Of a stretch of DNA of 64,000 nt, positions 33,184 through 43,296 are shown one piece after another (within the stretch, counting starts at the first letter, position 1; each line of letters begins with the position of its first letter). A program made the position numbers and the translations under genes. The stretch lies in the NCBI RefSeq assembly GCF_000142905.1, contig NW_013657662.1, positions 124,001 to 188,000 on the forward strand, given 5' to 3'. Origin of the DNA: Thecamonas trahens ATCC 50062 (taxonomy: Eukaryota; Protista; Apusomonadida). The notes beneath the pieces are model-generated. The model was not told where the DNA came from. It did not search any database and saw only the letters and a list, made by a program, of their open reading frames with translations.

Positions 33184-34890
33184 ATGGCCGTCGAAAAGGT
33201 GCCTTGCCTGCGGACGGTGTTGGCTCTGACTCTGCTGGTTGCTGCTGGCGTTGCGGTGGTGGTGGCGGCTGGCGAGGCGAGCGAGGTCGATGCCGAGGCG
33301 CGCAAAGCTCTGGCGAAGCGGTTCCCGCTACCGTGGAAGGTCTCGCGATCTGTGACGGTCTTCTACGGCGACTTTCGTGACGGAGGCTTGTGGGACTCCG
33401 AGGCTGCTGGATGCAAGGCGGCGGGCGCGGCGCCAGAGGACCACCCGCTGATGTTGCGCGTGTGCGCGGAAGGTGACGGCAAGAGCGAGGAACAGTCCGG
33501 GCAGGCCCGACGGATGAAGATGCGGTCGAACGGCTGGCTGGTCTTGCAGATCCTGAAGGAGCGTGGACTGAGTATGCGGATGGCGAGCCCGTGGGGCCGG
33601 CTCTTCTGGGTGAGGGTCGGCCTGCCCGGCGTGCCGACCGGCGACTGGCCACTGCTCGGGTATGGCGAGCTCGGTCCGCACCAGCTTGTCAACCGGATTC
33701 CTGGCATGTCAACTCTGCTGAACAAGAAGGATGCGTTCGCGCGGTCAGTGGCTGCAAAGCGGGCGGCGTTTCCGGACGGCGGCTTTGACTTTCACCCGGT
33801 CTCGTACGTGCTGCCAGCCGACTCGGCAGCGCTGGCGAAGGCGGCGGCAGCGGTGGTGGCGTCCGGCGGAGACCAGCGGTTTATCATCAAGCCAGTGTGT
33901 GGTGGGCGCGGGCAGGACATCTCGGTGGTAGCGGCTGAAGACGTGGTGGCGGCTGCGCCGGCAAACGGCGAGTGGCTCGTCCAGGACTACATCGGCAATC
34001 CACTGCTTGTCGACGGCCACAAGTTCTCCATCCGGCTTTACTTGCTGGTGACGTCGGTCAATCCACTGCGGGTCTTTGTCGCCCGCGAGGGCATTGTCAA
34101 GTTTGCCGGCATTCCGTGGTCGGCCTCGCGCGCTGCCAACGCCCTGGATCCGGCCAACATCAACATCCACATCACCAACAACGCCGCCAACGCCCACACG
34201 CCCGGCTTTGAGAGCTCGGACTCGCCCGAGGTCGACGACGTCGGGCTGCGGCGGTCGATCTCGGCCATCCGCCGCCAACTGGCGGATGCCGGTCACGACG
34301 ACGCCGCCATCTTTGCCGCCATCGACGACGTCCTCCTCAAGGCCGTGCTCGCAGTCGAGGACGAGGTCTCGGGGCTCATCGACGCGTATGTGCCGTATCC
34401 CAACAACACCTTTCAGCTGCTGGGTGTCGACGTTGACCTCGACGCCAACCTCAAGCCGTGGGTCATCGAGCTCAATGTCAACCCATCGCTCGGCTCGCAT
34501 GCTGCCTTTGAGACGCCGCACAAGAAGGAGCTCCTGCACACAGTACTGGATATGGCCGGCGCCACGCCGTTTGATGCCGCTGCCTTCAAGGCGGAGGTCA
34601 TCGCTCCGCGCGTCCACGCCGCCTCGTGCTCCGGCCAGCCCGAGCCCGGCCTCCCGCAGCAGACCTGGTGCGACGAGCGAGTTTTTGCCGCAGTCGTCGA
34701 CTTCGAGTACGAGCTCGCCATGGCCCGCGGCTTTGACCCGCTCTTCCCGCGTGCCCACAACGGGCGGACCATGGCCGGTTACATGACCACGCTCAAGGAC
34801 GCCGATGCGGCGCTTCTCGACTACGTCCTCTTCAAGTCGGCACGCCCGCCGCCGCCGAGCCCCCCGTTCCATCTCCACACTGAGCTGTAA
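33184..34890 (+). CDS. Tubulin-tyrosine ligase (TTL/TTLL) family ATP-grasp ligase with N-terminal signal peptide and C-terminal HTEL
   Basis: VNRIPG...KKD, FHPVSYVLP, FIIKP...GRGQDI, VQDYIGNPLLVDGHKFSIRLYLLVTS, HITN, FQLLGVDVDLD...PWVIELNVNPSL; N-terminus VLALTLLVAAGVAVVVAAG; ends ...FHLHTEL*. Confidence 0.9.
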   Translation: MAVEKVPCLRTVLALTLLVAAGVAVVVAAGEASEVDAEARKALAKRFPLPWKVSRSVTVFYGDFRDGGLWDSEAAGCKAAGAAPEDHPLMLRVCAEGDGKSEEQSGQARRMKMRSNGWLVLQILKERGLSMRMASPWGRLFWVRVGLPGVPTGDWPLLGYGELGPHQLVNRIPGMSTLLNKKDAFARSVAAKRAAFPDGGFDFHPVSYVLPADSAALAKAAAAVVASGGDQRFIIKPVCGGRGQDISVVAAEDVVAAAPANGEWLVQDYIGNPLLVDGHKFSIRLYLLVTSVNPLRVFVAREGIVKFAGIPWSASRAANALDPANINIHITNNAANAHTPGFESSDSPEVDDVGLRRSISAIRRQLADAGHDDAAIFAAIDDVLLKAVLAVEDEVSGLIDAYVPYPNNTFQLLGVDVDLDANLKPWVIELNVNPSLGSHAAFETPHKKELLHTVLDMAGATPFDAAAFKAEVIAPRVHAASCSGQPEPGLPQQTWCDERVFAAVVDFEYELAMARGFDPLFPRAHNGRTMAGYMTTLKDADAALLDYVLFKSARPPPPSPPFHLHTEL

Positions 34891-34895
34891 AATAT

Positions 34896-35750
34896 TCACC
34901 CATCGAGAAATGCGCGGAACGCGTTGAGCTCCGAGAGCGCCGCCGCCACCGACGAGCTCCCGGCCTCACCCGGCCCGCGGCTTGGCTCGCCACGGATGAT
35001 CGCCGGCGGCAGGTAGTCGACCTGCCGGCGGGCAGCAGCAATGCGAGCGCGCGCCGCCTCGCGCTCGCGCGACTCGACCTCGGCCTGGGCGAGCATGGCA
35101 GCGAGCGCGGCGTCGTCTGACGAGGCGCGCCAGCGCGCCGCCTTGGGTGCCTGTGTCACGGCCTGCGGGCGCGATGGCGACGAGCTCGTGCCCAGCACAG
35201 CGCCGAGTCTGCGAGTAAGCTCATCAATCTCTGCGTCTTTGGCGGCAACAGTGGCTTCTGCGGCAGCAGCACGCGCCTCAGCAGCGGCCTTCTCCTGCCT
35301 CAGTACCTGCGCCTGGGCGCGAACAGCGCGCAGCTCTGCCGCGAGCTGGGCCACCTGCGCCGCGGCCGAGTGCGCCGCAGCCTCAGACGAGCGAACGAGG
35401 CCGTCGACTGAAGCATGTGCCATGGCCCCCGCTGCCGCCGCCGTACTCCCCTGCGCCAGCGCCGCACTCGCCGCCATAGTCTGCGCCGACGCCGTGGCGG
35501 CCTCCGCCTCCAGCACCGTTGTCCGCGCCCTGTCCAACTCGCCCGCCACCGACTTCCATGCCCTCTCCACCGCATGCGCCAGGTCAATCACCTCGCCCAG
35601 CTCTGCATTCTGCATGTTGCTCATGGCCACCGCCGCGTCCGCAGCCGCAGACATCATGCCCGTTCTCACGGGTGCGGTGTGACCAGGCCAGAGCCAGCCG
35701 TGGCCGTCAGTGTCGCCGTGGCGAAAGGCCGCGCGATCAAAGGCGGGCAT
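34896..35750 (-). CDS. Ala-rich coiled-coil protein of unknown function
   Basis: ORF with a heptad-like region; start codon uncertain (35750 or the downstream MMSAA). Confidence 0.5.
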   Translation of the reverse strand: MPAFDRAAFRHGDTDGHGWLWPGHTAPVRTGMMSAAADAAVAMSNMQNAELGEVIDLAHAVERAWKSVAGELDRARTTVLEAEAATASAQTMAASAALAQGSTAAAAGAMAHASVDGLVRSSEAAAHSAAAQVAQLAAELRAVRAQAQVLRQEKAAAEARAAAAEATVAAKDAEIDELTRRLGAVLGTSSSPSRPQAVTQAPKAARWRASSDDAALAAMLAQAEVESREREAARARIAAARRQVDYLPPAIIRGEPSRGPGEAGSSSVAAALSELNAFRAFLDG

Positions 35751-35892
35751 GGCGTGATCGATCGGGAAGCTGATGCGGGCAGGCACAGGCACGGAGGGCC
35801 GAGGGACCCTCACTCCACCCACACTCGCACACTCGCACCACTCACATATATACACGCACAAGCACACACTCACGCGCACATACATACACGTG

Positions 35893-36927
35893 ATGAGTGC
35901 CGCCTCATGCACCAGCCTGGGGCTCAGCACCGAGCCGCGGGTGGTCCGACTCAAAGCCTCGCCCGCACCGCTGCTGAACAACCTCTCCACCAATGGCTTG
36001 CACTACGCCTACGTCTCCAAGCGGAGGGTCCACATGGTACCAGTCATGGCGGCTTCTGAGCCCGACGGCACGCTGCACACTCGTGTTCCCTACAGCCCGA
36101 CCGGAGCCATCATGGCCTCGGGCTGGGACCGGGCCGACGGCCGCGCCCTCCTCCGGCTGGCCTCTACCGATGCCGTCACCCTGCTCGACGCCACAGGTAC
36201 GCAGACCGTGGTCAAGCACGCACTCGATGCCGACGATGTCTCGCTCTTCTTCTCTGCCGCTGCCGTTGTCCCGTCGTGGAAGGGCTCGGCCGGCGCTGTC
36301 CTCCTCGCCGGCATGTCCACCGGCGCTATCCGCGTCGTTGACATCCTCTCTGGCCAGCCGCTGGCTCAGTTGGACGCTTCGGATAGCGAGGGCGATGGCG
36401 ATGCTGATCCTACAGGCTTGGCCCATGACTCGTGCATCACCGCCCTCGTGGCGATCGCGCCCGACGACGCCAACGCTACCACCGCTCCGGGCGCCACTCT
36501 CTTTGTCTCGGCCGACGACTCGGGCTCGGTCATTGTCTGGGATGCCGCGTCGGGTGCGCCCGTCCGGAGCATCCATTCTGGCGACGGCATTCCCGTCACC
36601 GCCGTTGTCGCCCATGGCTCGACCGTCGTCGCCGCCTTTGCCAACGGCGTCCTCCGCTTCTTCTCGCTATCAGACCCGGAGCTAATCACCGAGGTCCACG
36701 CCCACGCGCGCGTGCCGACCGGCCTCGCCCTCATGGGCTCGCGCCCCATCGTTGTCTCAGCCAGCCATGATTCGTGCGTCTACGCCTTTGACTTTACAGA
36801 CCTCACCAATGTCACCCAGGTCTTTGCCGCTACCGTTGACGGCGCTCTCCTCCAGGGCGTCGCCGCCACAAGCTCGTCCATCGCTGTTGTCTCCTACGAC
36901 TCGCACAAGCTGCGCATCTTCAAGTAA
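35893..36927 (+). CDS. WD40-repeat protein, WDR54-like
   Basis: LKASPAPLLNNLS N-terminal motif, AHDSCITAL...VSADDSGSVIVWD, EVHAHARVPTGL...SASHDSCVYAF. Confidence 0.7.
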   Translation: MSAASCTSLGLSTEPRVVRLKASPAPLLNNLSTNGLHYAYVSKRRVHMVPVMAASEPDGTLHTRVPYSPTGAIMASGWDRADGRALLRLASTDAVTLLDATGTQTVVKHALDADDVSLFFSAAAVVPSWKGSAGAVLLAGMSTGAIRVVDILSGQPLAQLDASDSEGDGDADPTGLAHDSCITALVAIAPDDANATTAPGATLFVSADDSGSVIVWDAASGAPVRSIHSGDGIPVTAVVAHGSTVVAAFANGVLRFFSLSDPELITEVHAHARVPTGLALMGSRPIVVSASHDSCVYAFDFTDLTNVTQVFAATVDGALLQGVAATSSSIAVVSYDSHKLRIFK

Positions 36928-37164
36928 CAAATCCGCGATCCCCTTCCTCTCCATCGTCCTCCCCCCCCCCCGAGTTTCCGTCGCCCAGAGTCCTGCCGCC
37001 CGACTCCCACCGCCTAGACCGGCGGTGACCTTCCACAGGCCACCCAGCCGCGGTCGCGTCGACCGCCGACTCGACTCAACCCTCAACCCACTCCTCCCCC
37101 GCCCCCCACCCCCCCCACACACACCACCCCACCACCACACACACACACACACACACACACATTC

Positions 37165-38939
37165 ATGCTACGAACAGGGCGCCTGCTGGCGGCAGCTCGT
37201 GGAGTGCTCCCGGCGCTGCCAGCGCTGCCGCTGCCGGCGGCGGCCCGCACCCGCAACCAAGCCCGTGGCGGGCAAGGGCCCGAGCCCAGGATATGGGGCG
37301 CACGGACGGTGTTTGCGGGTGCGGGTGCGTCAGTGTATGCTCGTGGCTGGCTGGCGAGTGATGGTGGCGGCCGCTCGGTCGAAGACGGTCCGGAGAACGA
37401 GCTCGACCACCGCGACGTGCTTACCGAGGCCGAGGCCCTCTCCTCGCTCCTTGTCTCGTCGGCCTCGATCCGCAACGCCGGCCTGCATCCGGTGGCCGTC
37501 CTCGGCAAGCACCGCTGGTTCCGCCGAGATGAGATCGAGGACCTTGCCCGGCACACATGGGGCTCGCTCGACAACATCGAGCGCGTCCGTCGCGAACGTG
37601 CCCACGCTGCCGAGCTCTTCCGTGACGCAGCAGCCGCGGCGGCGTCGGCAACAAACTCCGCGTCGGCGTCTGCTGTCGAGGGCGATGCTCCTCGTCCACA
37701 TCCGCCGCTCCGCCCTCCGCCTTGGGGCATGCAGGGCTTCCCGGGCGGCGGAGGGCGGCGCGAGGATGACGAGGCGAGTGACAGCAGCGGAGCTGCGGCT
37801 GCTGCCGCCGGCGACCCGCGGCTGCTGGAAGACTCACTCCCGTTCTCGGTCCTTCGCAAGGTGGCGCGGCGGCGGAAGCGGCGGCAGGAGAAGAAAGACT
37901 CCACGCTCGCGCTTCCGCTCAAGCCGACCAAGTCGATGTCGTCGTCGAGCACAACCGTGTATGCGGCCATGGCCGGCAACGTGCTGATCATGGCCGGCAA
38001 GGCGGTAGCGTTTGTGCTCTCGGGCTCGGGTGCGATGCTCTCCGAGGCGCTGCACTCTGCGGCCGACGTGGCCAACCAATCGCTGTTGCTGGTCGGCATC
38101 AAGCGGTCGCAGCGCGAGGCCGATCCGTCGCATCCATACGGCTACGCGCGAGAGGCCAACATCTGGGCGCTCATCTCGGGCGTCGGCACGTTTTCCTCGG
38201 CGCCGGTGTTGCCGCCTACCACGGCATTGACACGCTGCTTGACCCGCCGGAGCTCACTGAGCTTCCATTTTCGCTCGCCATGCTCTCGGCAGCCTTTGCC
38301 ATCGAGTCTGCCACCCTCGCCTACGCCGCCCGGGTTGTCGCTGCCGACGCCCGCAAGGCCAATGCGTCGTTCCTCGACTACGTCGTCGACGGCGCCAACC
38401 CGATGGCGGTCGCGGTCCTCGTCGAGGACTCGGCGGCGGTGGCCGGTGTTGTCATTGCCGGCACCGCCATCACTGCCTCGTACCTCACCGGCAACCCGGT
38501 GTACGACTCGGTCGGCACGCTCCTGGTCGGCGCCCTCATGGCCGGTTGTGCCACCTTTATCATCCGTCGCAACATGCGTGACCTAGTCGGCAAAGCCATG
38601 CCCAAGACCTCGCAGGACCAGATCCTCTCGCTGCTTGAGGCCGACAAGGCTGTCGTTGCCGTCCACGAGGTCAAGGCCGTCCTCATGGGCCTCGACGAAA
38701 TCCGCTTCAAGGCCGAGATCGACTTTGACGGCCGCCAGATCGCCAAGCACCTCATCCGCAAGCGCAACATCGACCTTGCCGCCCTCATGGCCATCGAGTC
38801 GGAGAAAGAAATGGAGGCCTTTCTCGTCCAGTACGGCGACGACATCATCGAGCAGCTCGCCGACGAGGTCGACCGCATTGAGCGCGAAATCTCCCGTGTT
38901 GTTCCTGAAGCCCGCTACATTGATCTGGAGGCTCATTGA
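37165..38939 (+). CDS. SLC30A9: Mitochondrial cation-diffusion-facilitator zinc transporter ZnT9-like; needs a -1 shift at about 38191-38194
   Basis: Transit-peptide-like start, XPA-like domain (EDLARHTWGSLD), GSGAMLSEALHSAADVANQ, HPYGY, ISGVG; continuation FLGAG...EDSAAVAG...RFKAEIDFDG...EVDRIE...YIDLE is in the -1 frame. Confidence 0.9.
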
Positions 38940-39686
38940 CCCATCCCGTCCGCCGGCTCTTTGCCGACCACGTTCTCTCCCGCCACTGGCTTATTCGCGC
39001 CCTCATCACACCGCTGCCACGACCTTGCACCGCTAAACGCGTCGTTCATTGCCCGGCACACACCTTTGCGTCGAGGTCGGGAGAAGTCTGACGCCGATTC
39101 CCCGCTTGAATCCTGCCGACACAGGCCAATTCGCCCAACTCGCTCCCACGACTGCCATACTCCACTCTCGAGTACGTACCCAAGCAGCGTGTGCAAGCCA
39201 CCGCATGCAATACCTTTCCCCCTACCCTTTATGCTCAGGCCAATGACGAAAGCATGCCGCCCCCTGGTGTGTCGCGTGGAGCGCCGTCCATGGTTCCCCT
39301 TCCCCCCCTGGCCCCCCCCCCCGTTTGGGGCGTCAATGCTCATTTTGGCAAAGGCTTTGCCAACCACAAAACTGCCCCCCCCCTGTTGCCGGACTGGGAC
39401 CACCCGCACGTGCTCTGGTCTGTACGTGGGACGTGGTGAGGTGGTGTGCGTGGTGTGCGTGGTGCCCACCTTGTTTGCCCCCGACATGCGCGTGCAAGTG
39501 TGGTGGAGCTGGACCGGCGGTCAGCTCGTGGGGCTCTTGCCAAAGCTGCCAACAACACCTCCTGACGCCGGGGGCTTCCGGAGGGTGCTGCGGGACGACG
39601 GAATGGGGTGGACTCACAATGAAGACGGGACTGGATGACTGGATGACTGGCGGCTGTTTGATGGATGTGTATGGGTACAGGCAACA

Positions 39687-40250
39687 ATGACCGAGTACCA
39701 GCTTGTTGTTGTGGGCGCCGGTGGCGTGGGCAAGTCCGCGCTGACGATTCAGCTCATTCAGGGCCACTTTGTGGACGAGTACGATCCGACGATTGAGGAC
39801 TCGTACCGGTCACAGTACGAGATCGACGGCGAGTCTGTCATCCTGGACATTCTGGACACGGCCGGACAGGAGGAGTACTCGGCGATGCGTGACAACTACA
39901 TGCGGACAGGCGGAGGCTTTCTGATTGTGTTTGCCATCACGTCGCGGGCATCGTTTGAGGAAGTCCCTGGCTTCCGCAACCAGGTCCTCCGGGTCAAGGA
40001 CGCGTCCGAGGTCCCGCTGGTCATCTGCGGCAACAAGTGCGATCTCGAGAACGACCGCCAGATCCCCAAAGACGAGGCCGAGTCGCTGGCGCGCTCGTAC
40101 TCGGTGCCGTTTATCGAGGCTTCAGCCAAGTCGGGCCACAACGTCAAGGAGGTTTTCTTTACCCTTGTTCGCGAGATTGAGCGCCTGCCAACCGTCATGC
40201 CGCCGCCGCTCCGCCGCAAGAAGAAGAAGAGCGGCTGTGCTCTTCTGTAA
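39687..40250 (+). CDS. RAS: Ras GTPase (H/K/N-Ras-like) with polybasic tail and CAAX (CALL)
   Basis: [67 protein letters not shown]. Confidence 0.97.
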   Translation: MTEYQLVVVGAGGVGKSALTIQLIQGHFVDEYDPTIEDSYRSQYEIDGESVILDILDTAGQEEYSAMRDNYMRTGGGFLIVFAITSRASFEEVPGFRNQVLRVKDASEVPLVICGNKCDLENDRQIPKDEAESLARSYSVPFIEASAKSGHNVKEVFFTLVREIERLPTVMPPPLRRKKKKSGCALL

Positions 40251-40518
40251 CTGCGCTTCGCACCGGTCCACATTCCTCGGTACCTGCAAGCAAGCTACTC
40301 CTTTGATCTGTTCCACGCTCTCGCCTCCCCCCCCCCCTTTCCCTCTGTTCTCTGATCCACTGCTCTATTGAAACGATGCATTGTCCAACCAGGTGTAGAA
40401 AGCAAAGTGAGTGTTCAATCGAGTCCGGCTTGGCTGAGGAAGTCGCAGGCCGGCTCACGCGTGCTGAACCGCGCGGCCAAGGGGTATCATGGCCCTTTTG
40501 TACGGCACGGCGCCCGCA

Positions 40519-41253
40519 TCAAATGAGACCGTCGTACAGCTGCAGGGCCTGGATGATGGACGGGTCATTCCGCGAGCCTTCCTTGAACTCCTCAAGAGTC
40601 AGGCGCTCGTCGACATCCTTGTCCATCTGGCGGAAGATCTTGTCGACCCGCTTCTCGGCCGTGTCCTCGTCCTCGGGCAGCTTGACCATGTTGCCGACCA
40701 TCTTGTAGATGGCATCGACAATCTTGAGCATCTCGTCGCGGGTGATGTACCCGTCGTTGTCGAGGTCATACAGCTGGAAGGCCCACTCAAGTTTCTGGTC
40801 CAGCGTCCCCCGCGAAGTCACAGAGAGTGCGCAGATGAACTCCTTAAAGTCGATCGACCCGTTGTTGTCGGCGTCAAAGACGTTGAAGACATACTCTGCA
40901 AACGACGATGAGGTGCCGTAGGGGAAAAACTGGCGGTAGATCTTCTGGAACTCCTCCTGGTTCAGCTCGCCCGACGGGCAGTCCTTGCGGAAGCCCTTGT
41001 ACCTGTACAAACCCCTCACCCACACGTGAGTACCTGCCCTGCGCACTCTCTCCCGCCTCGACCCGACCCGACCCTCCCCCACCCACCACCACCACCACCA
41101 CCGCCTCCCCCCCCCCCCCCCCCCTCCCCCCCATCCACCCCTCCCCTTCCCCCTTCCTCCCTTCCTTCCCTCCCCTTCCTCTCACTTACAGTAGGTGTTC
41201 TGTTGGAGCTCGGCCAGGTCTTCGGCACTCAATTTGGACTCGCGTCCACCCAT
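40519..41253 (-). CDS. NCS1: Neuronal calcium sensor-1/frequenin; exon 41253-41190 and last exon 41002-40519, with an internal micro-exon apparently missing
   Basis: [21 protein letters not shown]; [11 protein letters not shown]; [14 protein letters not shown]; [19 protein letters not shown]; ends [10 protein letters not shown]. Confidence 0.92.
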
Positions 41254-41533
41254 GGCACCAGCGAATGAAAAAAGAGATGTGGCTGATGGAACTGTGGTCA
41301 GTGGCCGGTGACTGGTTGGTGACCGGCCACCGGTCGACGGTCGACGGTCGATGGTCAGTGACCAGTCGGCCACTCCCCTCCCAACCCCCCGCACTACCAC
41401 TGCCACAACACACACACACATCCACGCACACACACACACTCTCTCTCTCTCTCTCCCGCCCTCCCCCCCCCCACCCCCCACCACACACACACACCATCTC
41501 CTTTACCTTGCACACACACCCGCCACACACACC

Positions 41534-43291
41534 ATGCCGGCCACAGGTGCCACCGCAGCCACCGCACAGCCGCATGTCGTCGCTCGACGGTCTCCACACC
41601 CACGCCCGCCACATCCGCCGCCGACTCCCTCGCCACCATCCTCGCCGTGGCCTGCCAATGCTTCAGGCTCGCCCCGCCGGGTCAAAGGCCGCACCCTCTC
41701 GCCTATGGCGGCGGCGGCCACAGCCTCGGTCCGCTCGTCTTTCTCCCGCGAGACCCGCGTCCTCACCTGGGTCTCGCTCCGCGAGGCCTCGGACGAGCAG
41801 GCCGCTCACGAGCGCTTTGTCCACCGCGTCCGCAAGGCGCAGGCTGTCGCTGCCGACCGCGATGCCGCTGCTCTACGCGCCACTCGCCGCCAGGCGCTTG
41901 CTAACGAGGAGGCCCGCGCTGCTCAGCGCGCCGCAGACGCCTCCGCCGCCGCAGAGCTCGAGCGTGAGCGGTACAAGCTTCGGGACGCCGTCTTTGCCGC
42001 CGAGCAAGCTGAGCGCGCAGAGCACGAGCTGCACGAGGCGAAGGATGCCGCCCGGCTTGCGCTTGCCGAGATGCGCGATGCCGAGCGCCGCGCCAAAGCT
42101 GCCCGCGTTCGTGCTGCCGAGGACGCGCTCAAGGCCCGCGCCAAGGCTGAGGTCGAGGCCTCGGACGCCACCCACTCGGCCGCACTCGCTGCTGCACACG
42201 CCGAGCGCGACGCTGCACTCAGTCACGCCGAGCGCGCGTACTCTAAGCGCCGCGCCCGCGCCATTCGCACCCGCCGCCGCTACGCCAAGCACCTTGCCCG
42301 CCGCGCCAAGCGGCTTGCCAAGCGCGACGCCGCCGAGCGCGAGCGTGCCGCTGCTGCCCGTGCCGCCAAGGTCGACAAGCTCGACGCCGCGCTCCGGGTC
42401 TCGCAGCAGCGACATGCGGTGGCCCGCGAGCGTGTCGCCGCCGCCCGCGCTGCCAAACTCGCCCGCCACAATGAGCTCATGCTTGCCGAGGCCGAACGCG
42501 AAGCCCGCGCTCGTGCCGCCGAGGCCGAGGCCCGTGAACAGTCCGCCGCTGCCCGCGCTGAGTGGGAGGCGAAGCGAACCGCCATTGTTGCCCGCCGTGA
42601 CGCACACGCCGAGAATATCCGTGCCCGCCGCGCAAGCCGCTGCCGCGCCGCCGCCGACCGCATCGCTGCCGCAGCTGCAGACCGCGCAGACCGCGACGCC
42701 ATGCTCGCCGAGCTCAAGGCCGACGAGTTCCGCTACCGCGAACGACGCAAGCAGCTACTGTGGGACATGAAGGTCTCGCACAAGTACGCCGAGTACGAGG
42801 CCAAGCTCGCCGCCCTCGACTCGGAGTTTGCCCTCAAGTGGGCTGTCGACGACCACGACGCGAGCTACACGCCAGGCCGCATCTCGCGCCCAACCACCGC
42901 GTCGTCGCAGCCCCCGCCGCACATGCAGCCGCCGTCGCCGTCGCAGCCGCGGCCGGCTACCGCCTCGCCGCGCGCTCGCACCGCATCTCCTGCCAATCTT
43001 GCTGCCTCGAACAGCGCGAGGGCGTCGAATCCCGACGTCCGCCGCTCCCGCCCGCGCGCGCGGCTGCCGCAGCGCGCACAGTCTATGCGTTCACCGACCC
43101 AGCCGGCGGCGCAAGCCCCTCACCAGTCGCCGAATGGCGGCTCATCTGCCAACCTCGATGTGCACAACAAGTCAATGGCCCAGCTATCGGCGTCGACGCC
43201 AGTCGCACCCGAGTCAAGTGAGACCAGCGACCCGCCGCCGGCCTCGTCGCTCCCCCACTCGCCCTCTATGCCTGTTCTGCGCGTGTATTAA
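41534..43291 (+). CDS. Ala/Arg/Glu-rich coiled-coil protein of unknown function
   Basis: Long ORF downstream of a (CA)n/poly-C tract; extended charged helical region; Pro/Ser-rich tail. Confidence 0.6.
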   Translation: MPATGATAATAQPHVVARRSPHPRPPHPPPTPSPPSSPWPANASGSPRRVKGRTLSPMAAAATASVRSSFSRETRVLTWVSLREASDEQAAHERFVHRVRKAQAVAADRDAAALRATRRQALANEEARAAQRAADASAAAELERERYKLRDAVFAAEQAERAEHELHEAKDAARLALAEMRDAERRAKAARVRAAEDALKARAKAEVEASDATHSAALAAAHAERDAALSHAERAYSKRRARAIRTRRRYAKHLARRAKRLAKRDAAERERAAAARAAKVDKLDAALRVSQQRHAVARERVAAARAAKLARHNELMLAEAEREARARAAEAEAREQSAAARAEWEAKRTAIVARRDAHAENIRARRASRCRAAADRIAAAAADRADRDAMLAELKADEFRYRERRKQLLWDMKVSHKYAEYEAKLAALDSEFALKWAVDDHDASYTPGRISRPTTASSQPPPHMQPPSPSQPRPATASPRARTASPANLAASNSARASNPDVRRSRPRARLPQRAQSMRSPTQPAAQAPHQSPNGGSSANLDVHNKSMAQLSASTPVAPESSETSDPPPASSLPHSPSMPVLRVY

Positions 43292-43296
43292 CACAC

